Assembly: GCA_038087875.1 (NCBI GenBank)
Contig: CM075997.1
Span: 7,132,001 to 7,196,000, forward strand
Direction of reading: 5' to 3'
Origin: Malacoraja senta
Taxonomy: Eukaryota
Length of the DNA: 64,000 bases
Part shown: piece by piece, positions 35,027-48,392 of the stretch
How positions within the stretch are numbered: the stretch's first letter is position 1
How the letters are laid out: every line of letters begins with the position of its first letter
Program-made: the position numbers and the translations under genes
The notes under the pieces: model-generated
Seen by the model: the letters and a program-made list of their open reading frames with translations, nothing else
The model's database searches: none
What the model was told of the DNA's origin: nothing

Positions 35027-37971
35027 TTGGAAGATCATTGTCTAGTTCACGTTATTCCGACCTACAGGCAGAAACTAAAAGCTGCTAAACCTGTGGTCAG
35101 AACAATGAAAAGGTGGACAAGCGAGGGCATTGAAAACCGACAATCCTGCTTTGACTGCACGGATTGGAATGTGTTCAGGGAAGCAACCACAAGCCTCGAT
35201 GAGTATACGGACACTGTATCATCATATGTCAGTTACTGTGAGGACAGTTGCATTCCAACTAGGACCCGGACCTGGTTCAACAAGAACAAGCCCTGGTTCA
35301 CTGGAGAACTCAGACAGCTCCGCCAGTCTTAAAGGCCTGTCTCACGAGTCTGCGGTCTATGGCGGCGAAACGGGAGGAATCTGCCGCCATAGACCGCGCA
35401 CTCGTGAGAAAGTACAATTCCCGAGCCGTGCGGCGGTGTTCCCAACACCGCGCGGTGCTAAAATAAAATCGACAATGTCCAAAACACTATACTCACCGCA
35501 CAACCTCCACCAGTGATGCACAAGTGCGGCACGGCCGCTCGCACGGGCCGCCGCCAGTGTGGGTCGAGCGCCGTGCGTCAAACCTCCTCTGCCACAGCCT
35601 CCGCCAGTGACGCACGTGCCACCGCCAGTGAGGCACGTGTGCTGCGCGGCCGCAGGCACAGCCACCGCTACAGCGCCGCGATCAGGATGGCCGCCGCCAC
35701 AGCCGCCGCTGGTGAGTCACGTGCGGCGGGCCGACGTCATCGCAGTCGGCCCGCCCTTTTTTTACTTACCGCAAGCACGTGGGACCCGCCGTGTTTGAAT
35801 TAACTCGGCCCCCGCGCAGCATCCGTGCGGCGCTCCGGTGGATAGGCTCGACGCACTCGCCGTTGCCGCGCGTTCCTCGCTACCGGCGACGCCGCGCTTC
35901 ACCGCCGATGACCGCAAACAGGTAAGACAGAGCCTTTAAGATGAGGCCTACAGGAGCGGGGATGCAGACCTCTACAGGCAGGCCAAGTACAAGCTGAGAA
36001 GAGGAATCAGAGCTGCCAAGGAAAGGTACTCTGAGAAGTTGAGGAGCAAGTTCTCAGCTAACGACTCTTCTTCAGTGTGGAAGGGCTTGCAAGAAATCAC
36101 CAGCTACAAGAGGAAAGCCCCCCCCCCGCTCCTTGGACAATCGTCAGCTGACCAATGACCTGAATGAGTTTTACTGCAGGTTTGGCAAGCAGAAACGTAA
36201 CCCTGGTACCCCCTCCCCAACAAACACAGCCAGACCCCAGTCTGAAAAGACTGGACCCTTTCCCACCCCAACCAACACTACACACCCCCTCACAGCCTGA
36301 CCTCAGTCTGCAAAGACTGGACCCTTTTCCACCCACCCCTCTCCAATCACCACTTTACACCCAATTACCCACACCCTCCGTGCTGAACAACATCACTTCT
36401 CCATCATCAACAATAAAGATAGAGGAGGTGGAGAGGCTGTTCAGAAGACAGAAAAGCCGGAAATCTCCAGGACCGGCAATGTTTCCTCCTCTACTCTCAA
36501 GCTCTGTGCCGAACAACTACACAGACATTTTCAACTAGTCCCTGCAAACCTGTACTGTCCCTGCCAGCTTCAAAGTCTCCACTATTGTCCCTGTACCCAA
36601 AAAGCCAACTGGTCTTAATGACTACAGGCCTGTCGCACTGACCTCTGTAGTCATGAACAGCCTTGAAAGGCTTGTGCTGACCAAGCTGAAAATTATCACA
36701 AACCGCCTGCTGGACCCTCTGCAGTTTGCATACCGGGCCAATAGATCTGTGGATGATGCAGTCAACCTGGGCCTGCACTTCATCCTACAGCACCTAGACT
36801 GCCAGGGGACCTATGCAAGGATCCTGTTTGTGGATTTTAGCTCTGCATTCAACACCATTGTGCCAGAGCTACCACACTCCAAACTTTCCGAGTTGACTGT
36901 GCCTGAACCCCTCTGTCGGTGGATCACCAACTTCCTGACAGACAGGAAGCAGCATGTGAGGCTGGGAAAGCACATCTCAGACCCGCAAACCCTCAGCATA
37001 GGAGCACCGCAAGGCTGCGTACTCTCCCCTCTCCTCTACTCTCTCTACACCAACGACTGCACCTCCACTGACTCCTCTGTCAAGCTTCTCAAGTTTGCGG
37101 ACGACACAACCCTGATTGGACTGATCCAGGATGGGGAGGAATCTGCCTACAGACAGGAAGTGACACAGCTGGCGTACTGGTGCCGTAGCAACAACCTGGA
37201 GCTCAATGCTCTTAAGACAGTGGAATTGATTGTAGACTTTAGGAGAGCTCCCCCTCCCCTCACCCCACTCACCATCAACAACACTACAGTCATATCTGTG
37301 GAGTCTTTTAAGTTCCTTGGAACCATCATCTCCAAGGACCTTAAGTGGGGGCCACCATCGACTCCACAGTCAAAAAGGCACAACAGAGGATGTACTTCCT
37401 GCGGCAGCTGAGGAAGCACAATCTGCCACAGGCAATGATGGTCCAATTCTACACGGCCATCGTAGAGTCTGTCCTCACCTTCTCCATCATGGTCTGGTTT
37501 GGCTCAGCCACCAAGCACGACACCTGGAGGCTGCAGCGAATCGTCCGATCAGCAGAGAAGGTTATTGGCTGCGACCTTCCCTCCATTGATGAACTGTACA
37601 CTGCAAGGGCCAGGAAGCGAGCGGGCAAGATCATCACTGACCCCTCTCACCCTGGCCACAAACTCTTTGAATCACTTCCCTCTGGAAGGCGACTCCGAAC
37701 TGTCAAAGCTGCCACAGCCAGACATAAAAACTGCTTTTTTTTCCCACAAGTAGTAGCTGCACTCAATAACCAAAATTCTCTAGCCTCCTTTTGCTCTGGT
37801 ATTTTGTTTGGTTCACATGTTTAATCAATGGTGTTTTATTATTATTAATGTTTAGTGTTTTATGCGTCATTGGTAACTGTCACTGTGTGTCATGTTGTCA
37901 CTTGCGGGCGGAGCACCAAGGCAAATTCCTTGTATGTGAATACTTGGCCAATAAATTTATTCACTCATTCA
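35027..37971 (+). mobile_element. Rex1/Babar-clade LINE, 5'-truncated and disrupted (end of endonuclease, RT, C-terminus, 3' tail)
   Basis: ORF pieces [45 protein letters not shown] and LPSGRR. Ends in AATAAA plus an (ATTC)-like tail. Interrupted by a MITE at 35332-35936. Confidence 0.9.
35332..35936. mobile_element. CpG-rich Harbinger-like MITE family K inside the Rex LINE
   Basis: AAGGCCTGTCTCACGAGTCTGCGGTC ... GACCGCAAACAGGTAAGACAGAGCCTT with flanks TTA/TAA. The LINE reading resumes after it. A related end lies at about 32397-32468. Confidence 0.78.
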
Positions 37972-38014
37972 AGATGACAAACCAGTTTGAGATGACTATT
38001 CATATAGAATTGGA

Positions 38015-38545
38015 TAGACAATAGACAATAGACAAAAGGTGCAGGAGCAGGCCATTCGGCCCTTCGAGCCAGCACCGCCATTCAATGTGATCATGGCTGA
38101 TCATCCCCAATCAGTACCCCGTTCCTGCCTTCTCCCCATATCCCCTGACTCCACTATTTCTAAGAGCCCTATCTAGCTCTCTCTTGAAAGCATCCAGAGA
38201 ACCTGCCTCCACCGCCCTCTGAGGTGGAGAATTCCACAGACTCACCACTCTCTGTGAGAAAAAGTGTTTCCTTGTCTCCATTCTAAATGGCTTACCCCTT
38301 ATTCTTAAACTGTGGCCCCTGGTTCTGGACTCCCCAACATCGGGAACATGTTTCCTGCCTCTAGCGTGTCCAAGCCCGTAACAATCTTATGTTTCAATGA
38401 GATACCCTCTCATCCTTCTAAACCCCAGAGTGTACAAGCCCAACTGCTCCATTCTCTCAGCATATGACAGTCCCGCCATCCCGGGAATTAACCTTGTAAA
38501 CCTACGCTGCACTCCCTCAATAGCAAGAATGTCCTTCCTCAAATT
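38015..38545 (-). mobile_element. CR1 LINE 3' fragment
   Basis: Colinear with the other CR1 3' ends and has a (CTATTGT)n tail. Confidence 0.85.
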
Positions 38546-39191
38546 CGGTTTAAAAAAAATGTTACTACATTACTAAGGACAGCAAGTTATACTGGGGTGG
38601 TGAAGCACGAATTAAACTACAGCTGGATATGGGAATAACTACATCTATTGATGGGCAGAGGTTTATACATAACCCAACTGCCCCCAACAATTATTTGTGT
38701 GGGTATCTCTGTCAAACACCAACTCCCCTTCCCATTACCTGACCTTGTGTAGGAAGGAACTGCAGATGCTGGTTTACACCGAAGATAGACACAAAATGCT
38801 GGAGTAACTCAGCGGGACAGGCAGCATCTCTGGATAGAAGGAACGGGTGACGTTTCGGGTCGAGACCCTTCTTCAGACTGAGAGTCAGAGGAGAGGGAGC
38901 CACAGAGATAATGAAGTGTAAGGAGTGTAAACGAGATATCAAAAGAGATGAGATCAAGGAAAATGTCGAATAGATAGAATAGATACAATAGATCCTGCCT
39001 TCTCCCCATATCCCCTGACTCCGCTATCTTCAAGAGCCCTATCTAGCTCTCCCTTGAAAGTATCCAGAGAACCGGCCTCCACTGCCCTCTGAGGCAGAGA
39101 ATTCCACAGACTCACAACTCTCTGTGAGAAAAAGTGTTTCCTCGTATCTTACCCCTTATACTTAAACTGTGGCCCCTGGTTCTGGACTCCC

Positions 39192-39306
39192 CCACACACA
39201 GACATATACACGCACACACACGGACGGACATATACACACACACACATAGACATATACACACACAGACACACACGCATACAAACACACACACACAGCCATA
39301 TACACA

Positions 39307-39383
<77 letters not shown>

Positions 39384-39578
39384 ACACATTAACACACACA
39401 CACACAAACACACACACACATTAACACACACACACACAAACACACACACACATAAACACACACATACATAAACACACACACACACATTAACACACACATA
39501 CATTAACACACACACACACACACTAACACATAAACACACACACACATACACACACACACACCCACACACACACCCACA

Positions 39579-39631
<53 letters not shown>

Positions 39632-39664
39632 ACACACACACACACCCACACACACACACACACA
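39192..39664. repeat. Long imperfect (CA)n microsatellite
   Basis: Direct reading. Confidence 0.95.
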
Positions 39665-40267
39665 GGTATCTGCAGACTTTGATGTACAGTAGTGCTGGGC
39701 TCAGTTTGTTTGCAGGCTTTCCTCTGTTGCTTGGTAATTAAGTGCTACTTGGTCTGCAGGTAATTGATTTTCTTTTCAGCATCATCCGTAGTGAAGAACT
39801 GATAACTGTGTTGCTACGGCAACCCTATTCACAAAGATCTTGCAGCTTTATCTGTTTGAGGCCCTGGACCCACCGTCAGGCCTCTGAGAGCGACAATCTA
39901 CAGAGATGTTTCAAGGAGTGAGGAAGGGGATTTCAGAAGCCCAATCCCCAGAATTGTCCTTCCGACGACTTAGTTTAGTTCATTTCAGTTTATTGTCACG
40001 TGTACCGAGATACAGTGAAAAGCTTTTATTGCGTGCTAACCAGTCAGCAGAAAGATAATACACGATTACAATCGAGCCGTCCACAGTGTACAGATGCATG
40101 ATAAGAAAATAATGTTTAGTGCAAGATAAAGCCAGTAAAGTCCGATCAAGGATAGTCTGAGGGTCACCAATGAGGTAGATAGTAGTTCAGGACCGCTCTC
40201 TGGTTGTGGTAGGATGGTTCAGTTGCCTGATAACAGCAGGGAAGAAACTGCCCCTGAATCTGGCGGT

Positions 40268-40684
40268 TATGGCGCCACCTGGTGGCAAGCCACGGGCACA
40301 AGGAACCCTCGGCCCTGAAGGAAGGTGCCTCGGTGAGGGAGGCGCTAGTCACAGGCTTTTTACCTGAGTGGGTATTTAAGGCCGGGCAACGCCCGTGGCC
40401 ATTGAGGAGTAAAGAGCTGTAAGGGCCTGTCCCACTTGGGCGTCATTTGCGCGTCACGCAGGTGGCGGGCACAGATTTTGTGAAGCCCAGATTTTTGCGC
40501 GCGACTGCCTACGTCACCACGTACCAGGCACGCGTAATGCTCGCCATGCACGCATCACGTAAATGATGTCGCGTAAATGACTCGCAAATGACGCCCAAGT
40601 GGGACAGGCCCTGTACTGTACAGAATAATACACAACCTCTATTCCGCTTGGATTTTGGCTGGACTCCTGTGAGTCTCCGCTACA
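40268..40684 (+). mobile_element. Probable solo LTR interrupted by a MITE
   Basis: Starts TATGGCGCCACCTGGTGG..GAACCCTCGGC, like the minus-strand LTR start at 52617. TATA-like TATTTAAG, ends ..CGCTACA. No clear TSD. Confidence 0.55.
40422..40612. mobile_element. Harbinger-like MITE family C with GTA TSD
   Basis: GTA|AGGGCCTGTCCCACTTGGGCG ... CGCCCAAGTGGGACAGGCCCT|GTA. Confidence 0.88.
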
Positions 40685-41254
40685 TTGGATCACGTCGGGG
40701 TCAGTTTAACTTGGCATCAGACATAGCGGGCTGAAGGGCCTGTTTCTGTGCTGTACTATTGGATGCTCATCCTTCTTATTGACTTCAGCAGTACTGATCA
40801 CAATCGCCTCCCATGTTAATAACACCTACCTTGGCTTGGGCTTGATCATTCTTTTTTAATTGTCGCTAAATTAAAATCCAGTAACACCTTCCCACACCAT
40901 TGCAGATGCATATTTACCACGTTAAACATTAAATGCCTCCATTGTGAGTGAGACTCACATCCTTTTGGTGAACTAACAAAGCCGACTCGAAGAAGGACAC
41001 AAAAAGCTGGAGTCACTCAGTGGGTCATGCAGCATCTCTGGGCGGCACGGTGGAGCAGCGGTAGAGTTGCTGCTTTACAGCGCCAGAGAGCTGGGTTCGA
41101 TCCCGTCCACGGGTGCTGTCTGTACGGAGTTTGTACGTTCTCCCCGTGACCTGCGTGGGCTTTCTCCGAGATCTTCGGCTTCCTCCCACACTCCAAAGAC
41201 GTACAGGTTTGTAGGTTATAAATTTGCTTGGTATAAATGTAAAATTGTCCCTAA

Positions 41255-41484
41255 AGGGCCTGTCCCACTTGGGCGTCATTTGCGCGCGAAGATTTTGTGA
41301 ATCCCAAAATCCCGGGGTGCCGCGCGCGACTGCGCATCACTGCCTACGTCACCACGTACCAGGCGCGTGTAATGCACGGCATGCGCGCGTCATGTGCGTA
41401 TCACGACGTGCGCGTCGTGCATCGTGCCGCGTAAATGATGTCGCGTAAATGACGCGCAAATGAGGCCCATGTGGGACAGGCCCT
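41255..41484. mobile_element. Harbinger-like MITE family C inserted in a SINE
   Basis: Same terminal repeat, with flanks TAA/TTA. Confidence 0.85.
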
Positions 41485-41746
41485 TTAGTGTGTGTAGAAT
41501 CGTGTTGAATGTGCGGGGATCGCTGTGCGGACTCGGTGGGCCAAAGGGCTAGTAACGCGACTATAGTGTTAGTGTGGGGGGGGGGCATCGCTGATCGGTC
41601 GATGGGCTGAAGGGTCTGTTTCCGCACTGTATCTCGAAACTAAGCGAAACTAAACATAAATGCAACTGTTTCATCCTGGAAGGCATCTTTGACACATTGT
41701 ATTGTCCATGCTAGAAATATTACTTTGATATTATGCTTGGTAGTAA

Positions 41747-41895
41747 AGGACCTGTCCCACTTGCCGGGCTTTTCGGCAACTGCCGGCATCATTGACTGAC
41801 GTATCAGGTCACCGAAAAATACGCGGTGTGATGACGTATGACGCGTGGTGTTTTTTGATGTGACGCTGGCAAAATCGCCAAGTGGGACAGGCCCT
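41747..41895. mobile_element. Harbinger-like MITE (short family) with TAA TSD
   Basis: TAA|AGGACCTGTCCCACTTG ... CAAGTGGGACAGGCCCT|TAA. Confidence 0.83.
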
Positions 41896-41975
41896 TAAGA
41901 TTGCCAAGTTCCATTGCCAGGGACACTGGTGTGGCTTTCCACGTTAGAAATAAGATCGTCAACTTCAGGGAGAAA

Positions 41976-42294
41976 TAGCCCTGTGCGTCGGTGCGAGTTC
42001 ATTCCAAGAGCTCTCCCGAGTTTAAAAAAATCAAACTCGTGGTAAGCACGGAGAATGAACGTAGCAGGTACGTCGGAGCTCGGGGACGTCTCGTAACGCT
42101 AACGGCAGGTACTCGGGAAGACTCGCTAACGGCAGGTAAGCACGGGAAGACTCGTGAAGATTTTTCAACATGATGAAAAATGTCCACGAGAGCCCCGAGT
42201 ACCGACGAGCGGCCATTACCGTAAATCTCCGAGTTCGAATCAGGGCAAACTCGGGAGAGCTCTTGGAATGAACTCGTACCGTGGGACAGGGGTT
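41976..42294. mobile_element. Harbinger-like MITE family A
   Basis: Interior as in the other family A copies. The left terminal repeat is degenerate. Confidence 0.82.
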
Positions 42295-42859
42295 CAAAGA
42301 ATAGAAAGATAAGGTTAAAATTGGCAGGGCAAACACAAAAATATCTTGAGCAAAACACAGAAAGTGTGCCGGAGGAACTCAACGGGTCAGGCAGCATCTG
42401 TGGAGGGATTGGACAGCAACATTTCAGGTCAGAACCCTTCATTTCTTCCCCCTGCTACAATCAGTCTGAGGAAGAATCCCAACCTGAAACATCGCCTGTC
42501 CATTTCCTCCACAGACGCTGCCTGGCCCGTTGAGTTCCTCCAGCACTTTGTGTTTTAGAGATGAGAGATGCAGTGTGGAAACAGGCCCTTCATCTCACTG
42601 AGTCCACGACGACCATCGATGACCCATACACTAGTTCCATGCTCGGTCACTTTCGCATCCTACCCACTAGGGGGCAACTTGCAGAAGCTGATTAACCTAC
42701 AAACCTGCACGTGGGAGGAAACCGGAGCACCCGGAGAAAACCCACGGGGTTATAGGGAGAACGTGCAAACTCCGTACAGACAGCATCCGTGGGCAGGATT
42801 AAACCCGGGTCTATGGCGCTGTGAGGCTGCAGCTGCGCCACCGGGCCGCCCCACCTGTT

Positions 42860-43357
42860 ACATAGAAACATAGAAAATAGGTGCAGGAGGAGGCCATTCG
42901 GCCCTTCGAGCCAGCACCGCCATTCATTGTGATCATGGCTGATCGTCCCCAATCAATAACCCGTGCCTGCCTTCTCCCCATATCCTTTGACTCCACTAAC
43001 CCCTAGAGCTCTATCTAACTCTCTCTTAAATCCATCCAGTGATTTGGCCTCCACTGCCCTCTGTGGCAGGGAATTCCACAAATTCACAACTCTCTGGGTG
43101 AAAAAGTTTTTTCTCACCTCAGTCTTAAATGGCCTCCCCTTTATTCTAAGACTGTGGCCCCTGGTTCTGGACTCGCCCAACATTGGGAACATTTTTCCTG
43201 CATCTAGCTTGTCCAGTCCTTTTATAATTTTATATGTTTCTATAAGATACCCCCTCATCCTTCTAAACTCCAGTGAATACAAGCCTAGTCTTTTCAATCT
43301 TTCCTCATATGACAGTCCCGCCATCCCAGGGATCAATCTCGTGAACCTACGCTGCAC
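42860..43357 (-). mobile_element. CR1 LINE 3' fragment
   Basis: ORF 42953-43357 plus 3' UTR. Very similar to 32580-33070. Confidence 0.9.
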
Positions 43358-45399
43358 TGCACTGCATTGGTTTCGACCAATATAGAACCAGTCTGAAGAA
43401 GGGTCTCAACCCGAAAAGTCACCCATTCCTTCTCTCCAGAGATGCTGCCTGTCCCGCTGTGTAACTCCAGCTTTTTGTGTCTATCTTTGTGTGAATGCAT
43501 CTTTGGGTTGAAATAGTTATGTAGTTTTCTAAACAATACATTTTTGTCCAAGTGGATGGAGTCCTCCACTGGTCTATTCTGCCGCTGCTGTGCAGACACA
43601 AGTGGAGTTCTTGTTCACAGTCAGTATCATAGAAAATAGGTGCAGGAGTAGGCCATTCGGCCCTTCGAGCCAGCACCGCCATTCAATATGATCATGGCTG
43701 ATCATCCAGAATCTGTACCCCATTCCTGCCTTCTCCTCAAATCCCTTGATTCCGTTAACCCTAAGAGCTAAATCTAACTCTCTCATGAAAACATCCAGTG
43801 AATTGGCCTCCACTGCCTTCTGTGGCAGAGAATCCCACAGATTCACAAATCTCTGGATGAAAAAGTTTTTCCTCATCTCAGTCCTAAATGGCCTCCCCCT
43901 TATTCTGGGTATCAGACCCAGATATTAGTTCCTGTGTGTGAAATAGATCTCTGGAGAGTTGAGAGCTTTAGTTTATTTTACTTCAGTTTAGTTTAGAGAT
44001 AGAGCATGGAAACAGGCCCTTCGTCCCATCCAGTCCACACTGACCAGCGATCCCTGCACACTAACACTATCCTACACTCACTAGGGATCATTTACACTTA
44101 TACCAATTAACCTACAAACCTGTACGTCTTTGGAGTGCGGGAGGAAACCGAGGATCTCGGAGAAAACCTACAGGGGTCAACGTACAAACTCCGTACAGAC
44201 AGCACCCGTAGGTGGGATCGAACCTGGGACTCCGGCGATGCAAGCGCTGTAAGGCAGCAACTCTACCCAACTATCCCCGACATCGCCCATTTATTAATGT
44301 GACCTTCAAAGCGATACTGCTTCTTATGATAATTGTTTGTTCTCTTAATTCAACTATTAGCCGTGATGAAGTCACAATGTCAAATCAATCTCCGGTTTCC
44401 AATTAAAGCGACGACAGACGCGATGTAAATTAAACTCAAGCAATATTAAATTGTGATCTCTCGGATATGACCATGAAAGCTAATGATTTTGCTGCCTGCT
44501 GTCTCTGTGTGTTGGCGGGGGCTTGGATCAAAACTGAACACAGTTTAAAGCTGGAGAACTTTAAAGCTGGGATTAGAGGCTTCTGGTCGCCTCCATTACA
44601 GGAAGGATGTGGAGGCTTTGCAGAGAGTGCGAGAGAGGTTTACCTGGGAGGAACTGCAGGTGCTGTTTGAATCGAAGACAGACACAAAACGCTGGAGTAA
44701 AGCCCCTGTCCCACTTTCACGACCTAATTCACAACCTCTGCCGAGTTTGCCCTTGACTCATACTCGCAGCATGGTCGTCACGAGGTCGTAGGAAGTCTTC
44801 GTAACTCTTCCTCAAGCTCGTGAGTGGTCTCCGCGTACTCGTGCGTACTCGTACTCCGTCAGGCAGCATCTCTGGAGAGAAGGAACAGGTGACGTGTTGG
44901 GTTGGGACCCTTCTTCGGATTGTTGCCTGGATTAGGGGGTATTCGCTACAAGGAGCGGCTGGACAACCGACAAACAGCGGGTGAGGTAGAGGCTGCCTCA
45001 CCCGCTGAGTTCCTCCAGCATTTTTATCTACCTTAGATTTTTCCAGCATCTGCAGTTCCTTTTTAAACAATGTCCCAATCATTTGGTCCATATCCCTCCA
45101 AACCTGTCCTATCCATGTACCTGTCTAACTGTGTCTTAAACGTTGGGATAGTCCCAGCCTCAACTACCTCCTCTGGCAGCTTGTGGCATACACCCACTGT
45201 GTGTATATACTCTTTCATCTTGCCCATTCTTGCTGAACGGATTTTGCAGCGTTCACCAAAATCTGGTAATTGGTCTCGAATTGGTTTGCCATAGAAACAA
45301 AATCACAGGCTTCTTAACATTTTCTTCATCTTCGTATTTGCTCCACAATCGAAATCTAATCCTGCTAAATAAATAATGCCTCCATTTCTCCCAGATCTC

Positions 45400-45458
45400 A
45401 TATCTATCTGTCTATCTGTCCATCTGTCTATCTGCCCATCTGTCTATCTATCTATCTA

Positions 45459-45535
<77 letters not shown>

Positions 45536-45793
45536 ATCTATCTATCTATTTATCATAATAGTTTAACTTATGTTTAAGAAGGAAATGCAGATGCTTGAAA
45601 ATCGAAGGTAGACAAAAATGCTGGAGAAACTCAGCGGGTGCAGCAGCATCTATGGCGCGAAGGAAATAGGCAACGTTTCGGGTCTGAAGAAGGGTTTCGA
45701 CCCGAAACGTTGCCTATTTCCTTCGCTCCATAGATTATTGTTTTATTGTTTGTGGACAGACAGACAGACAGACAGACAAAGAGACAGACAGAC

Positions 45794-45847
<54 letters not shown>

Positions 45848-45981
45848 TTTTTAATTTCAATTTTAAAAACTTTATTGGCATGATAAAATGCATCGTTATA
45901 TTACCAAAGTATAAAACATAACATACATGTTTAAAATGCATAAATATAAATATGTATAGAGTGCATGGGTAGATATGCCCC

Positions 45982-46013
<32 letters not shown>

Positions 46014-46100
46014 CTCTCTCTCTCTCTGTCTCTCTGTCTCTCTCTCTGTCTCTCTCCGTCTCTCTCTCTCTCCCTCTCTCCCTCTCTCCCTCCCTCTCTC
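45400..46100. repeat. Microsatellite cluster: (TCTG)n/(TCTA)n, (ACAG)n, (TA)n, (TC)n
   Basis: Tracts at about 45400-45550, 45755-45846 and 45987-46100. Confidence 0.9.
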
Positions 46101-48164
46101 TTCCTCTGCAGTTCATCTGCTGACTTTGCAGGGAAGTGACAAGAGAACTGTGGTGGAAATTCTCCTCAGTTAAGCTCGCTGTGTTTGAGCATAAAGACTC
46201 GGGCTCCCTCAGACTATCTGTGCTGCGAGCTAATCTAATACACGTCAAAGCTGAGTGTTTATGGTGGCAGTTTATGAAATATTAGGTACCAGGCCAGCCC
46301 CTGTTGCAACAGGCACCCGTGAACGCATCCATCAAAACCTTGCGTAGGCGGCAAGGAACAGCTCTGGGAAGAAGGACGGCATCTTAATGAAGGCAAAACT
46401 ATTATTTAAAGACATGAGACAAAATTTGGAATTGGAAGCAAACTGCGCGCTGACAAACTGGTAATATGCAGCACAGCCACTGTATTACACGTCACGAGTG
46501 CTTGTAAACAGATATGACAAATAATGGCTGCAAATAGAACATAGGAACATACAGGTAGACACAAAAAGCTGGAGTAACTCAGCGGGTCAGGCAGCAACTC
46601 TGGAGAGAAGGAATAGGTGACATTTCGGGTCGAGACCCTTCTTCAGTCACCCATTCCTTCTCTCCAGAGTTGTTGCCTGCCCCGCTGAGTTACTCCAGCT
46701 TTTGGTGCGCATCTTTGGTTTAAACCAGCATCTGCAGTTCCTCCCTACACATGGGAATAGACAATAGGTGCAGGAGTAGGCCATTCGGCGCTTCGAGCCA
46801 GCACCGCCATTCAATGTGATCGTGGCTGATCATCCCCAATCAGTATCCCCCGTTCCTGCCTTCTCCCCATATCCCCTGACTCCGATATTTTTAAGAGCCC
46901 TATCTAGCTCTCTCTTGAAAGTATCCAGAGAACCGGCCTCTGAGGCAGAGAATTCCACAGACTCACAACTCTCTGTGAGAAAAAGTGTTTCCTCGTCTCC
47001 GTTCTAAATGGCTTACCCCTTATTCTTAAACTGAAAATACAGCACAGGATATGGCCCTTCAGCCCACAATGTCTGTGCCGAACATGATGCCAAACTAAAC
47101 TCATCTCATGTGCCAGCTTCCAATCCATATCCCTCCATTCCCTGCATATCCATGTGCTGATCTAAAAGCTTCTTAAAGGCCACTGTTGTATCTGCCTCCA
47201 CCACCACCCCCAGTAGCACGTTCCAGGCACCCACCACCCTCTGTATACCTTCCCCGCACATCTCCTGTCAACTTTGTCCCTCCCACCTTTAAGCTGTGCT
47301 GTCTGGCCAAAACTGAGAAGCCGGAAAAGCAAAAAACTGGTCAAAAGAAAGAAACTAAAAATCTAGAAAAAAAGCAGGATGTCGGGCAGCGTTCATGAGG
47401 AGAGAAACAGGGTTATGTTTCAGGTTTTTATTTTAGTTTAGAGATACAGCACGGAAACAGGCCCTTTCGGCCCACTGAGTCCACACCGACCAGAGATCCC
47501 CGCACACTAACACTATCCTACACACACTAGGGACAATTTACATTTACACCAAGCCAATTAACCTACAAACCTGCACGTCTTTGGAGTGCGGGAGGAAACC
47601 GAAGATCTCGGAGAAAACCCACGGGGAGAAAAGTACACACTCAGTACAGACAGCACCCGTAGGGCCGAATGGCCTCCTCCTGCACCTATTTTCAATGTAG
47701 TCGGGATCGAACCCAGGTCTCTGGCGCTGTAAGGCAGGAACTCTACCGCTGCGTCGCCGTGCCGACCATCATGACCTTATGTTGAAATCCTAACTGTTTC
47801 TACTCCACAGATGCTTCCAGACCTTCGAGCATGTGTGGTTTTTAAATGGAGAACCACATCATCTCAAAAAAAAGTCTGCTTAAGAAATACCAGAAAAACA
47901 GTGCCTTGGATAATTCTCTGGGCTGAGTCTTGTTTTGCTTAAGCATGTTTTTTCTTTAAATATGGCAAATGCGAGTCCCACAAATTCCCTGATGGGGTGT
48001 AAAAAATGGAAGAGGGAATGGGTCAATGGAGCCTCAGTGGGCTGCAGGGCCTGACATTGACACGATGGGCTGAATGGACTCGGTGGGCCGAAAACGGCCT
48101 GATTCCATGCTCTATCTTTCACTCAAAGGTGGCACGGTGGCGCAGTGGTAGAGTTGCTGCCTTA

Positions 48165-48392
48165 AGGGCCTGTCTCGCTTCCACGACCTAATTCACGACC
48201 TCTGCCGAGTTTGCCCGTGAGTCATACTCGCAGCATGGTCGTCACGAGGTCGTAGGAAGGTCGTAGCAGGCCGTGATGCTGGTCGTAGGTACTCGTGGCA
48301 TCAAGTAGGCCGGGGCGTTTTTTCTAGCCTGATGAAAAATGTCCACGAGTAAAAAAGGTCGTGATTTAGGTTGTGAAAGTGGGACAGGCCCT
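48165..48392. mobile_element. Harbinger-like MITE family B with TTA TSD in a SINE head
   Basis: ctgcc TTA|AGGGCCTGTC ... GACAGGCCCT|TTA cag. A one-ended relative starts at 44701. Confidence 0.87.

Noticed and set aside
35357..35803. GC-rich ORFs and CpG-island-like stretch (also 51926-52359)
   Set aside because: They lie wholly within MITEs bounded by the shared terminal repeats, with no recognisable protein motif or promoter evidence.
39112..39659. Cys/Val- or His/Thr-rich ORFs (also 23998-24321, 28875-29195, 45376-45941)
   Set aside because: Translations of microsatellites.
41250..41490. TA (Tc1-type) or TTAA (Kolobok/piggyBac-type) TSD model for the MITEs
   Set aside because: It fits only single copies (41255, 35332). 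Seven copies show exact 3-bp duplications.
46100..46300. Long pyrimidine tract with CAG acceptors, considered as a possible NCX exon A
   Set aside because: The tract is a (TC)n microsatellite. The phase-2 reading frame shows no DDEEYEK-like motif and runs into a stop.
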